A stretch of 64,000 nt of DNA, from contig MU619314.1 of NCBI GenBank assembly GCA_025201805.1, forward strand, positions 1 through 64,000, written 5' to 3'. A program made the position numbers and the translations under genes. Below are positions 47,860-60,726 of this stretch, in pieces. This stretch comes from Parasitella parasitica NRRL 2501 (Eukaryota > Fungi > Mucoromycota). The notes beneath the pieces were generated by a model. It saw only the letters and a list, made by a program, of their open reading frames with translations. It ran no database searches and was not told the origin of the DNA. Numbering within the stretch: the stretch's first letter is position 1; each line of letters opens with the position of its first letter.

Positions 47860-50624
47860 TTAAACACTAACAAAAAGATTGATTGTGTTTGTATCGCCTC
47901 TATTCTCAAATGCCATTTGGACATCGTCATCAGAGTTAATAGTGATCATATCGCCATCTTCATCCAGATATTTCAGTCTCAAGTTGCCATTAGGTTGCAC
48001 ATTTGCAACAAGTCGAATCTTGCGCTCCACCCTGCTAATCAATTCATCGTACAAGACCTCAGTAGAGCACACAACCATATAGATGCCATCGTTATAGTTC
48101 AATTTGATTTTGACGGATCCAAATATATTATTAATGGGGGATAATGGTGTTTGTGGACTGCTGTGGTCAGATTTACGAGATGTACCACTGTTGTTAGCAT
48201 TGCTGTCTCTGGTGGGAGAATTAAGGGGCGAGGGTAATGCTTGATACAATGTACGTGAATTGAATGGCACTTCGGGTGTTTCTTCAATGCGGGAATTATG
48301 ATGGATATTTGGGCTGCTTTGTGTTCTGAGTCTAGGCGAGGACCCTATCTGTTGCTGGTATGCGGTTGCGTTCATTGTATAGTAAGTTGGTGCAGCTGAT
48401 TGTGATTGACTACGGTTTACGGGTGGAAGGGGGAACTGTCCATAGTCGTCTTCAGTACTGCTGCTACTGCTGCTGCTGATACCAGAAGACATAAAATTAG
48501 AAGCAATATCAGCTAATGGGGATGCGCCGACTCGACTAGAGCTAGCCGCGCTAGACTGTGAAGCACGAGATGATGTCGTGGGTGAAGAAGGATTAGATGG
48601 TGGTGGAGAAGCAGGGTAATAGTAATCAAAATAATTGTAAGTAGTTGCACTTGAGCTAGTGCGTGGAAGGGGACTATTTGAACCAGCAGTATAGCGTTGT
48701 TTTCCGTGTCCAGGTTGGTCAGCACCCATATTGCGAGGTACCTTCGATCTGCCAGAAATCGAATTTAGCAAATGAGCAGACAGAGAGTTTGATCTTGATC
48801 TTTGAGCAAGAGCAGCATCATCGTCGTATTCATCATCCTCATCCTCATCAGTGCGAAGAGATGCAGGCATGGACTGCTGGCTGTTTTGCATGGAAACAAG
48901 CTGGGTATTCGAAACATAGTTTTTTGTATGAGACATTCTTCTCTTGAGGGTGGATTCCCATAGCTTCACTTGCTCCTCGTTTCTAAATCTGAAAATAACG
49001 GTGTTGACTTCACTGTCTTTCCAGTCAACCAGAAGACACCAGTTACCCTCGCCAGTAGATGTGTTTCTAACAGAGAGAATTTTGCTCATCGCAATGAGGC
49101 CCTTGGGCTGCAGGCTTCCTCTGCGCTTTTTTTTGATAGATTTTCCAGATTTGTTCTTTATGGAATCTTTGCTTTCCTTGCAGATCAGCATGATTCTTTC
49201 AAAGAAGAAGATGAACATCTCCTTATCAGATTCGTCAGCTTGCTGCATCACCAGCTTGTCATGCAATAGCAAGCTTCCAAAGCTATCAATCTGGGCAGTT
49301 CGCAATTCGTCCACTCTCTTTTTCAAGTCATTCACAATTTGTATATTCTCATGTTTTCGTTGAGTTTCATTGACCTTTTCTGTCACACGTTTAACAGATT
49401 CTAAACCTTCTTCCATGTCTTCAAAGTGAGGCCAATCAGGTTTCATTGATTTGAGCAATTGCTGCAATAGCAAAGGGTACTTGCAAATACGCTGCACTGG
49501 TTTGATGAGCATAGAAGGTAGCTCATAAACTGGATTCAGAATATCAGCGAGTTTCTGTAATTTGGGCGCTTCTTGAACTACCAGATCTTGGGCAGAAAAG
49601 TAATTAGCGCAGTAAGGTTCATAGACAGTAAACTGATTTTCCAGCTGGCTGAATAGAGTTCCAAAGTTCTGCTCTTCGGCAGGTTTTTCTCCAATTTCTT
49701 CCAAGTGGATTAGGAAGCGACGCTGAAAATCGACTAGAGAATTGAGGTTTCCAAACAGATAGTGGATGGTATCGGCATTCAAAACGTCTTGGATCTGTAG
49801 CTCACGCATGTAGTTCTGTCTCAAGTTGTTAGTTGAATTGTCATCATTTGATGGAAATAAACTTTACCTGCAAGATCTCCAGATCTTGTACATATTTGCG
49901 TTCTGTCTCTAGTAATTCATGCACAACTTTGTCTCTTGTGTCTTTGGGCGCATTTGACGAGTTTCTATTGGCTGAATCATTTGTGGAAATGATCCCTTTT
50001 TCCTCCATCAACTGCAGGATCAAGTCAATAGTGTTTACAACCTACCGAATGAAATTAGTGGGGAGATCTCGATTACTTTATTTAGGAATCTACCTTGACG
50101 AATCCATTTGTATTGTCCTTGTAGAGATCAGACAATGTGAACAAATCCTCTTCCTTAAAGTCAAGCTGGTTTCGGCATGCAACAATGAAATGATACACTG
50201 TCTTTTTGCATTCGTTCACTTGTAAATTTTGGGTAAAATTCAGCTTGAGTAGCTGTGGTGGGTTTAGGGCATTAAATAACGTTGTAAGCGGAGTGCCTCG
50301 TCGACACAATTCCCATAGCTTTGTCAGGGGATCGTTTGAGTTGCTAGTGCTGTTCGTGGAGACTGATGACTCGGACGACATGATGGACGAGCCAGTTGTG
50401 GATAAAAGTAAGCCCAAGTTTTCAAAGTCTAAATAATATGTCATTCCCTCTACAAGTGCCAGCTTGTCGAGCACTGAACGACAGGTGTGATACAAGGATG
50501 TACCAGATGAAGGCTTATTGGTGATGGAGAAAGATGGCATTGGCATATCGATCATTGAGGTATTAGCAGATGATGCGGTTGACACTGTCCCGATTGAAGG
50601 GGATCTTGATTTCAAGGCAATCAT
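47860..50624 (-). CDS. CDC24: Cdc42 guanine-nucleotide exchange factor Cdc24/Scd1 (CH-DH-PH-PB1)
   Basis: DPLTKLWELCRRGTPL and FTLSDLYKDNTNGFVKV (CH), LIKPVQRICKYPLLL (DH), PH, C-terminal PB1 LKYLDEDGDMITINSDDDVQMA. Confidence 0.95.
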
Positions 50625-50810
50625 TTTTGAAAGGAGTAAAAAGTATAATGAAAGAAAAGAAAGAGAGAGAGAAAAATAGACAACTGAAAATCAAACTTAG
50701 GGCCCGCTTAAATACATGTTTGCACAAAACAGGACAAGTTTAATTTACACAGCTGTGCACCGCAGGTGATCAACTCAATATTTCGGCGGATAGTTAAACC
50801 CAGTGTAACT

Positions 50811-51467
50811 CTACATGTTTATTTTTTTGTACCAGAAAACACCTAGACCAATGACACAATATGGGATTACGTCTCTGGCAAGATAGCTAGCTCTGCTGCA
50901 CAAGACATCGTTTCTCAATATGACAAACTCTTCATTCTGATGGACATAATTGTACTGCATGCGCTTCTGAAATAAGATTCGTTTGGTTACCCAGGTTAAA
51001 CACGCTGTTAATCCTATTGTGATCCCTGCAATCGTAACATTTGGTAAAGGTAAATTACCACGTTCGAACACACCAAACTGGACTGCATCTGCCCCTCTTT
51101 TTAATTTGAACATGCTATTGTGCTTGAGCTGGTAGAAGACATATCCCCACAAACTGGATAGCAATGTCATGTAAATCCTGCTTTTGTGTCGCTGATGATG
51201 TATTTGTTTTCGCAGCACCGCTTGAAGTGCTTTACAGCCATTTTGGATGTGAATAACCGGTATATCGCTGCATATCACTATCGACAATTCTTGTGGATTT
51301 GATATACCAACTGCTAATAGGGGCGTCGTCTTATGATTCAACATTCTAGATTTTACTTGAGATTCTTTCCACTTTTGTTGAGCTACATGAATCACTCGTA
51401 AAATGTCCTTAGAATCTAGGACAGATAGTCTAGATGAGATAATAGCTGATGCTGGTATGTCGATCAT
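50811..51467 (-). CDS. Hypothetical protein with C-terminal hydrophobic segments; possible upstream exon
   Basis: 218-codon open frame in AT-rich DNA; no family recognised. Confidence 0.55.
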   Translation of the reverse strand: MIDIPASAIISSRLSVLDSKDILRVIHVAQQKWKESQVKSRMLNHKTTPLLAVGISNPQELSIVICSDIPVIHIQNGCKALQAVLRKQIHHQRHKSRIYMTLLSSLWGYVFYQLKHNSMFKLKRGADAVQFGVFERGNLPLPNVTIAGITIGLTACLTWVTKRILFQKRMQYNYVHQNEEFVILRNDVLCSRASYLARDVIPYCVIGLGVFWYKKINM

Positions 51468-53512
51468 AAAAGCTGCTTCTTAATCTGCGTAATTTAGTTG
51501 CTGATTTGTAAAAGTGTAAATACTGCTGTTGGTTGCTCAAGCTGTAGTATGTACATGAAAATTTGAACACGAGATGTTGAATTTGATTGTATGAAAAACT
51601 CCTCCCCCACTAGGAGCAATCGATGTCACAGACGCTAGAAAAAACAAAGCCTGTGTTTTCTTTATGTCCCTATCGATATGCTAGTATACAATGAATACAA
51701 AGAATATGCACATAAATTATGCATGCTCGAATACATGAAACTGTTACCTGGTTAAACCGAGTAAAACAGTTTCTTAACAATTGTTAAGATAATACTTCTC
51801 TTTTTTTGTTCGTTATAATTAAATGGCGTTGTAAACTAAATGCATGATTGCCTTTATCTACAACACCAATGATAGACATGCCTCTGACAAAATATACAAT
51901 TGCTATAGTAACTAATTCTTAGAAATACTACACTGTATACAGATCATAGCCTATATTATGATATTTCAAAAGATAACAAAAAACGTCAAATTATAGACAC
52001 TGTAGAGGCATTGGTGGGCCCTGTCCTATTTTAATTCGGATTATATAGTTATTAAATGTGTATTTGACAGCATTACACATTTATGTACATATATCTGAAG
52101 ACTTTATGTTGAAAGAAGCACTGTTAAAAATTGAATTTGGTAAGGTTAACTATTCATAATTTAAACACATCCTATTTGAAAACTACTTCATCAAACACAT
52201 CTTATGTAGTAACTTGCAAAAACGATCTGTACTAATTATTATCTCTGCACAATATTACGCAGAAGGCGGTTGAGATGCTTCCGTTAATTAAGCTTTACAT
52301 ATTTATTTTGCATTATTTAACAGCATATCCGTGTTTCATTAATATCTGTCATTTTTGCCGACCTGAAACACATCTTGATGTCCAAGGAAACAGCTTCTTA
52401 ACAATAACAAAACCTCATAGTAACTTGTTCGCAATTTGAAATCTACGAAAACCGTGTATTTTTGTTCCTGAGAAATGAGCGTTGTAAAAACAATTGTTGG
52501 TAGGAATAGTAAATCAATGGTGCAAGGAACAATACTGGCAACCTAAACATTGGTTATTCTACAAAATATTTTTTGATTTGCATTTACCGATGTGTATATT
52601 TAACATAATTGGCTCTAACAGATACTTTTTCATCCAGAAAAGGATCTCCTCAAATAATGTGAAGATAAAGAGAGATGTGGTTTACCGTTTGTGATTGTGT
52701 ATCTATATTACCGTCATCCCACTACTAGTTACTATCTGTTTACGTATCGTTGTTTGTGGCGTATATAATAATATTAATTTATACCAAAATATGTGTGCCC
52801 GAAAATGGATTTATGATGTGTACAGTATCTTTTTTCATCATTCGCTTTCGTTATTCTAATTTGCTAAAAACATGTCTTCTATTTCTACAAGTAAAATTCG
52901 CATTGAGGAAGAATGAATGAATTAGGCGTAGTATTCCTTGCAGGTAGTAGAGACTATTCGAAAGGAACCAAGAGTCGCGCCTCACTCGCGCAATTTGTGG
53001 ATGATAATAAAGAGCAAACAAAATTGTTTATAAGACAATTTGATAGTGAAAAACACAGGTAACAAACAATTTAGTAAACAAGTATGTTGCTCAGTTCAAA
53101 ACTACCTACCCAACAAGAAAGAGAGTAACAGGAAAGCAGATGGATCTTGGTATTATCGATTCAGAAGCAAGACTGGAGAGAGGTGTTCGAATCGAGAGCT
53201 ACAGAACACACAGCCATCGTATTTCCCAATTCTGACAATAACTTTCCTTCGACCCTCATTTCTAATTCCAAGAGCTTCTTTTCTAAATTATTATGGTAAC
53301 ACACCAAATTCAGAATGTTGTTTCTTCACAAGTAAAAAAACCTGATCCAAGGCCCTAGAATTTGTGTTTTAATTAGTGTAAAAGAAATAAACATAAAATA
53401 CATATACTTACATTAATTGCTGTAGGTTTCCATTTATAAAAAGTCCTTGACTTTCTGCTAATGTGCGTGCTTCTTACTGGAACACATTAAATCCTTCGAT
53501 TGTATTGTAACC

Positions 53513-54403
53513 ATGGCTTGCTTTTTCGGGCACTTCTTCCGTATCTCCTGTATCTACTGTGTCTTCTACACTATCACCGTTGTTGCCACTGATCCTGCCT
53601 CTAGTACCTCTTCCAGCCACCGAAATCCCAGTCTCCGGTAAGTTTTGATATCATGATTTTATATGGTAAATATTGCTGTAATGTCTTCAATAGATATGTA
53701 AGCTCAATATAGTTCTCCTTAGGACAAATACACATAGCACTGGTACAGAGGATGAACGCACAAATGCAGAGATGGTTATTTTAAAACAAAGAACCATTGA
53801 TTACACTAATGGTACTGTGAGGTCAAGTTCAGCGAACGTAATAGCAACATTGTCGAGGTGCACAATGATATGATGAAGTTAGCAAGGTTTGGAAAAAAGC
53901 TTTATGGCGAAGAGGATTTGCATGGTAGGTGTCTATCAAAAATCATCTGCAAAAACAGTTTTATTTTTCGACATTTATCATAAATATCAGATATTTGCTC
54001 ATAACTTTTGCTAAAATGACCGCAGACGAATAAGTCTTTTCCTGAAGATGCCCTAATTTAGTAACGTTTGACACTTCCTGTCGAAAGCTGATTTTATGCA
54101 GATAAACATTAATTAAGATAAAGTTTAGTATGAATAGAGATCCTATCTTATGCCAATAAAAGTCTTCAATTTTGTATCTAGTTTTACAAAGTATTCTTTA
54201 TCACTTTTAAAAAAACATTTATGCAACTTCTCGCTGCATCCTTTAACTGGCACAGTAAACAAGACATGGACTCAATATGGCAATTGATAAAATTAGTTAA
54301 TAGCTCAGATACTGTAGAAGAATATGGCATGCGTTTTATGGCTGTCGTTCGATTTGATTCTTTGGATTTTAAAGATAGGCAAATCATGCGCAATCTTTAT
54401 TAG
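53513..54403 (+). pseudogene. Degenerate PD-(D/E)xK-like (Crinkler-REase-like) multicopy-family gene remnant
   Basis: Exon-like pieces with GT-AG borders. ERTNAEMVILKQR...G-(frameshift)-YCEVK...HNDMMKLARFGK resembles the D...GY.EVK...D..KL..FGK pattern of an expanded Mucorales family. Confidence 0.45.
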
Positions 54404-55042
54404 ATGTGAAAGCGGTTATAGTCATTAAACTTTAATCCTCGTTGTCTTATGGTTTTTTTTTGCTATATCCTTGCCTGATAAATATCTTTATATTTAGGAT
54501 GCCGGAAAATTCGTTAATAGACGAGTTACCACTGAATGATATGCTATATCTGCCCTAGCCAATGTATCAAGGATTGTATTTAGCATACGTTTAGCAGTTC
54601 CATGCCAAAGAGGTATTTATTGTTTAATTCTGGCAATATTAAAAATCTAGTAAAAACAGAAATGCTATGTATTTCACATTCCAATTCTGGAAACGTGGCA
54701 AAATAAACAGTGTAAACCCATTCGGACAAAATCAAAATTTCGGTTACATTGCATAGCATGTTTTTATTAATTGTAAATACAACAGATATGACACTAGCTT
54801 GCGTATTTCTTGTCATGCGAGCATAATATTGAAAAATGTTCAAGGCATTGATGAATTTATAAGTACTATAATATAATACCTGCTATTTGTGCTGGAGTGT
54901 TAATATTTGTTTCATGTAAATCCAAGATTTGTGCTAGTTATAAATGTAATGCACAAAATTAGGGAATGCTGTATACTTGAACTCAGTATCATATAAATGC
55001 AGCAGGCCTTTTTAACCCTTTGCTTCAATACACTATTTCAAA

Positions 55043-57718
55043 ATGCTCTCCATTAGACAAAGCATATACCTGGTTTTGCTATTTTCGTTGAGTAGTTGTA
55101 CGGCATTAGCTACCAATACAGAACACCACAAATACGGTACACTCAGTAACAAAGAATATGATCGGCCTGGATTCACTATTGATGATGACATTATATATAT
55201 GATTGGGAAAATGTCAGTTGAAGAGAAGATTGGACAAATGACGCAAATAAATCAGGATTTGGTGTTGGGGAAAAATGGCAAACTTAATCGTACAGCAGTA
55301 GAGCATTACGCCAAGAATTATTATGTCGGCTCATACTTGAACCAGTTGGCAGTGTATGTGATAAAAAAGTTATATATATAGTTAAACGTGACATATACTA
55401 ACAGTTTGCATGTGTATAGCGATGGCAAGAATTATGGCGCTGCAGATTATGCTAAAATCATCGAAGAGATTCAAGATATTACACTGTCAGTCAACTCAAC
55501 TTTTAAGATTCCAATCATCTACGGGTATGCCTCTTGTATTTTCTACTGATTTAGCATAACTTACGTAATATTTTATGATAGACTGGATCATATTCATGGA
55601 GCTCATTACGTCGCAAACAGTAAGGGTTTATAACGCTTAACGCAATTATGTACTTATCAGATACCCAAAATAGCCACAATATTTCCTCATGGCATCAACA
55701 TAGCCGCAAGCTTCAATCCTGAACTGGCGTATGAATCAGCCTCTATCACTGCCAGAGATACTCGTGCATCTGGTGTACAATGGTAATTATATCTTTCATG
55801 TGAAGATAGAAAATTCTTGGCCAACATCATGAATTTATACAGGACATTTGCCCCCGTACTAGATATTCCAGTTAACAAGCAATGGCCCCGAGTGTTTGAG
55901 AACTTTGGAGAAGACCCTCATTTGTCTTCTGTTATGGGCGTAGCTTCTATCAGAGGTTACCAAGGAAAGTACAAGACAGACCGTTCCAAAGTTGCTGCTT
56001 GCATGAAGCACTTCATTGCTTATGGCGCCCCGTACAGGTACGTACTGACACGTGTGCTACATTCAAGTATACGTTTATTAAAATAGGCATATATGTGTAG
56101 TGGACAAGATCGTGATTCAACAGTTGTTTCTGAAAGAACAATTTATGACTACTTTGTACCTGGATTCCAAGCTGCTATTGATGCTGGTGTTGCAACGGCC
56201 ATGGAAAGTTACATCGACATCAACGGTGAACCCGTAGTTTCTTCCAAAAAGTACTTGAGACAGCTTTTGAGAGATCAAATGAAGTTTGATGGCATGCTAG
56301 TTACGGACTGGCAAGAGATTGAAAACTTGCATATCAAACATATGGTGGCAGCTACTCACAAAGAAGCTGTTCGTATGGCTATTGCAGATACAAGTATTGA
56401 CATGTCCATGGTTCCTCAAGACGTTATTTTCTTTGAATCCATGATGGATCTGATTAAAGAGGGCCGTGTGTCAATGGAGCGTGTAGACGAATCTGTTGCT
56501 CGTTTATTGCAACTCAAGAAGGATCTGGGTCTTTTAGAACCAAATGGATGGAAAGCTGACCCCAAATTACAAGAAATGGTACAAAATGACAGCGATATCG
56601 CGGTTGCTGTGGAGGCTGCAAGGGAATCCCTGACACTACTCAAGAATGAAAATACTGCATTACCATTTACAAAAGATAAAGTCAGGCGAGTGCTTGTTGT
56701 TGGTCCTACTGGTGATAATTTGGGTCATCTGGCCGGCGGATGGACCATTCAATGGCAAGGAGCCACTGAGGATGCTTGGCATGGCAATGTCAGTGATGAG
56801 CAATTCTATAACAAAGGTATTAGTATCATAGAGGGTATGCAAAACGCAGCTCCTGAGGGCGTGCAGGTCGAATATATGCGAGGCTTTACCATTGATGGAA
56901 AAGACGACAACATGAATTTGCTTCTAGAAAAGGCCAAGGATTTCGATGCTTTTGTCGTTTGCATAGGTGAACACGTATATTCCGAATTACCTGGAAATAT
57001 TCATGATATGACTCTACCTCAAGGCCAGATTGATCATGTAGACAAACTTGCAAGCTTCATTGGCAAAGAAAAGCCTTTAGTCACTGTTTTGTTGGAAGGA
57101 AGGCCTCGCATATTGGATTCTATTGAAAATAACTCGGATGCGATATTGCAAGCATACCTTCCTGGTCCCTGGGGCGGTCAAGCTATTGGTGAAGTAATTT
57201 TTGGCCTTACAAACCCTTCTGGAAAACTACCCTATACATATCCTAAATATGCTGGTGATACTACGCTGAATTACTGGCGACCTGCCAACGACATTTGGGA
57301 TCCTCTTTATGAATTTGGCCATGGCCTCAGCTATTCTTCATTCCGATACAGCAATATTACGGTTGATGGTTTGTCGAACGCCGATGAAACGCAATACTTG
57401 ATTACTGGTGAAAAGGAGAAGGAAGTGTCTGTCAACATCACGAATACTAGTCCAGTAGACGGCAAAGAGACTATCATGATGTTTGTTAAGCAGCCATTCC
57501 GTATAGTAACACCACCAGCAAAACTCTTGAAAGCATTCCAAAAGGTGATGATTCCAGCAGGAGAAACTGTCAATATTCGCTTCTATGTAGACGCTGATTT
57601 ATTCCGTTACACTGGCCTTGATGGCGTCCCACAGAATACCATTGATAATGGATCTGTCAAAATCTTGATTGGAGATCAGGAATTTGAACTGCAAGTTGTT
57701 AACAATAACGACGAATAA
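55043..57718 (+). CDS. Secreted glycoside hydrolase family 3 beta-glucosidase (multi-exon)
   Basis: Signal peptide; MSVEEKIGQMTQI, IPIIYGLDHIHG, WPRVFENFGEDP, ACMKHF, nucleophile motif VTDW, PLYEFGHGLSYS, Fn3-like tail. Confidence 0.95.
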
Positions 57719-57787
57719 ATTTTTCATGTACTTTCAGTCGTAGTTTATTTAGTTTGGATATCTATCTTTATTTTTTTTTTTTTTTTT

Positions 57788-59704
57788 TTATAGGCTTTCA
57801 TTCAAATTTTCGAGGTATTGTGGAACGGGTAAAACAGTATATTCTGTGTTCTCCACCTTGATGTCGAGCGGGTTGTCTCTGAAATTTTCAAAAACAACAA
57901 ACGACGAGGAAGCATCGTTCGGTTCAACGATGAACTTGCCGTATTTCAAAAATAAAGACTCTGCTGTTGCTTTGTCAAAGGTTGTGCCTTCACTGTACTT
58001 GACGAGGATAGTGTTACTCTGGTTAGAGATAGCTTCCGGCCCGGCAAAGTCAAAGTAATCAAAGGCGGTGCGAACAAGAGCTGTTTTGTTCATTATGGGA
58101 GGAAGCACATTTTTCATGCTACCATGCCTGTTTTCTAAATCAACACGAATAGACCCATAATTATAGACTTCTTCCTCGTCTAAATCCCAGTTACTTTCAT
58201 TAGCTGCCTTGTCATCTTCGCTATCGCTAATCTCCCAGCCATCGGCATCTACCTTGGGTTCTTTTTGTTTCTCTCGCTCCCTTTCCTTTGCTTCTTGATC
58301 AGCTAATATTTGTGCCTCACTCGCAGCGTATTTTTCAGGGTTTCTAGCTTTATACAGATAAGACACGAGCTTCAAGTAAACGAATCCGGTCATAAAAGCG
58401 TCATAGCCAGCTTCGTGCGCCATTTCCGTCAAATAGCGAGAAAATCCAGAGTGCATGTCTATTTGGGGGTTTTTGAATTGTTCTTTTGTTGTCTCGAATC
58501 TCAAGCTTTCTAGCGAGGTGCCTGACCCAAAGATGGCCTAAAAGCGGATGTCCTAGTTAGTATGCCTGGATCACTCCTTATTTTTGGCGCCTTACATTCA
58601 ATTCAGGCTCTGCGGTGCACATGTACTTGGTGTCAGCCATTCTGCCAATATACAATTAGATTAGCATAAACAGACCAACATGTTGAGCATGCATTTTACT
58701 TTGGGAATAGTCGATGAGCAAGTATCTTGAATTCCGTAAGAGTCTCAGGCAAAGGTTCTACAAACTGCCCGATCATATGGCAAACATCCAAAAGCATATT
58801 GTGGCCGACAATGGTCTTGCCAGATTGCGAAATCAAATCAATCACCTTTCTGAATCCAATAGCAGATGCAAGGTCTTTTTCAAATCGCTCCCTCTTCTCT
58901 GCGGTTCTGTCTTGCATTTGTTTCTCTGACAGCTTGACTATGCGGATGAATCCCTGCATGCCAATTGCTGTCAGACCGTCAAATCTAGCTTGAGGTTAAT
59001 ACATGTGCGGCATGAATCATACGATGAATTACTTTCTGGCTTCTTGGTAGAGTAAGCGTCTTTGATATGCGTTTTTCGCTGTGATGTTTACACCATCATC
59101 ATCGTCGGTCTTTTCAGCATTGATCCAATCAGTGATTTTTTGTCTCGCATCATTGACAAAATCCACCTCTTTGTCGTCAATTGGGATGTCTGGCATATCA
59201 TCGTTCATCCTCTTGGTGGCGGCAGCGACGAATTCATTTTCTTCAGCAACAGTTAGATAGGAAATTCCTTGATATACCCACTTGTTGAAGTCAAACCGTT
59301 GTTTTGTCAGGAAATCAAAGGCTTGCGCCTGGGTCATGAACACTCGGCTAGTCTGAATTTGACCGGCAATAGTGGTTGGAAAAATGTAAAAGTTGAAGGG
59401 CTTTGCCGTGTATCTTCCGGAGGGCTCATCCCAGGTAAACGTGCACAGGCCAAATTGAATGATCAAGAACCTTTCAGTAGCTTCTTTGTATTCTTGATAT
59501 CGATCTGCCATGTTATACAGTCTCACAGAAGTGGGTGGACGATGGAGGCCTTTTGCAGAGATTGATCAGTTCAGATTTAGCCGAGGCATAAATGGGTGGG
59601 ACCCTACCTGATAACTCGGTATCAATTGATATAAAATCGCATTCTTTCAGAGCCTTTTCAACTTCTGGTAACTTTTGTAGGAACTGATGCCTTGATATCT
59701 CCAT
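57788..59704 (-). CDS. PARN: Poly(A)-specific ribonuclease PARN (CAF1/DEDD family)
   Basis: ISIDTELSG, IIQFGLCTF, FDFNKW, AYQRRLLYQE (R3H-like), GHNMLLD, ADTKY, HEAGYDAFMTG, RRM-like tail. Confidence 0.9.
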
Positions 59705-59822
59705 TTCACACTTTTTTTTTAGACACTGCAAGCAGCTAAAAAGGACGCGCTGCTTTTTTGCATGTCGTCCTATTTAAAACTTTTTTTCACTGTCAGATAT
59801 TCACATCTACCTCCTTTCAACT

Positions 59823-60726
59823 ATGCTTGGAAGATCATTCAAACAAAGAGTACTGCAGCGTCAACTTTTTAGGTTTACCTTGGTTGGCATTTCTCTGGGC
59901 AAACAACAGCGCAAATTGCACTCATTCCGACTATTGTCTTCTACAGCTGTGGCATATAAACACTGGCACCACCACCACCAACACCATTACACAGCCAAGC
60001 ATACCTGCTGGAAATGCTTAAAAGAGAGTGTTGGTAGATCGAACATCATTTGTGACATCGGAAACTGCAAAGCTCTTTCAACCTGCAGCAGAAAACACTG
60101 ATATGTTCCAACGGCTCGAGTTGGGGGCACTCAACCTTGATGTGGGCCAACATTTGTTGAAGCGAAATTATTCAAAGCTGCAACGCATAGCACATCCTGA
60201 TAATAGTTTTAGACGCTCTTCAGAGGTAAGCGAAACACCACCGTGAGTTTGGGACACTGTTATTTATCTGTCATTGTCGGCAGAGGGAGAGCACGGATTT
60301 GCAGTGGCTCAGTCTGCACTGGTCAGCAAGGCGTACCAAAAAGCAACTGCCAAATACATGCTGAAAATGGCTACTGATTCAAAAACTCTGAACAGTCCCC
60401 GCCTTATTAATGGAAGTGATGATGGACTCGGTTGAGAAATTAGAGCAATGCCAAACAAAAAGCTTAGGTGGATAAACTGAGGAAAATAAACGATGGCGGG
60501 TACAAAACATTGTGATGAGCAGTGGTGGTATATGTATATTTTTTTTTTATTGATTTGAGCGTTAGATAACGTGGAATCTACTTTACAACGATTATCCGCA
60601 TCATTCGACCAGGGAGACTATCATCAAGTCAAAGAGAACATTGTCAAGCTTCAGTTCAGGCAAAATATCCAACAAGCTATTCAAAATTGGGAACCTGGAA
60701 AGCAAATTGAGATGCATCACTTCTGA
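59823..60726 (+). pseudogene. JAC1: HSC20/JAC1 (HscB) Fe-S co-chaperone, disrupted
   Basis: Presequence, CWKC...C...C zinc finger, LQRIAHPD J-domain, SALVSKAYQ, LLMEVM, C-terminal IQNWEPGK. Frameshifts near 60077 and 60399, a further frameshift or stop near 60465, and the conserved TLxxPLxR segment is missing. Confidence 0.8.
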
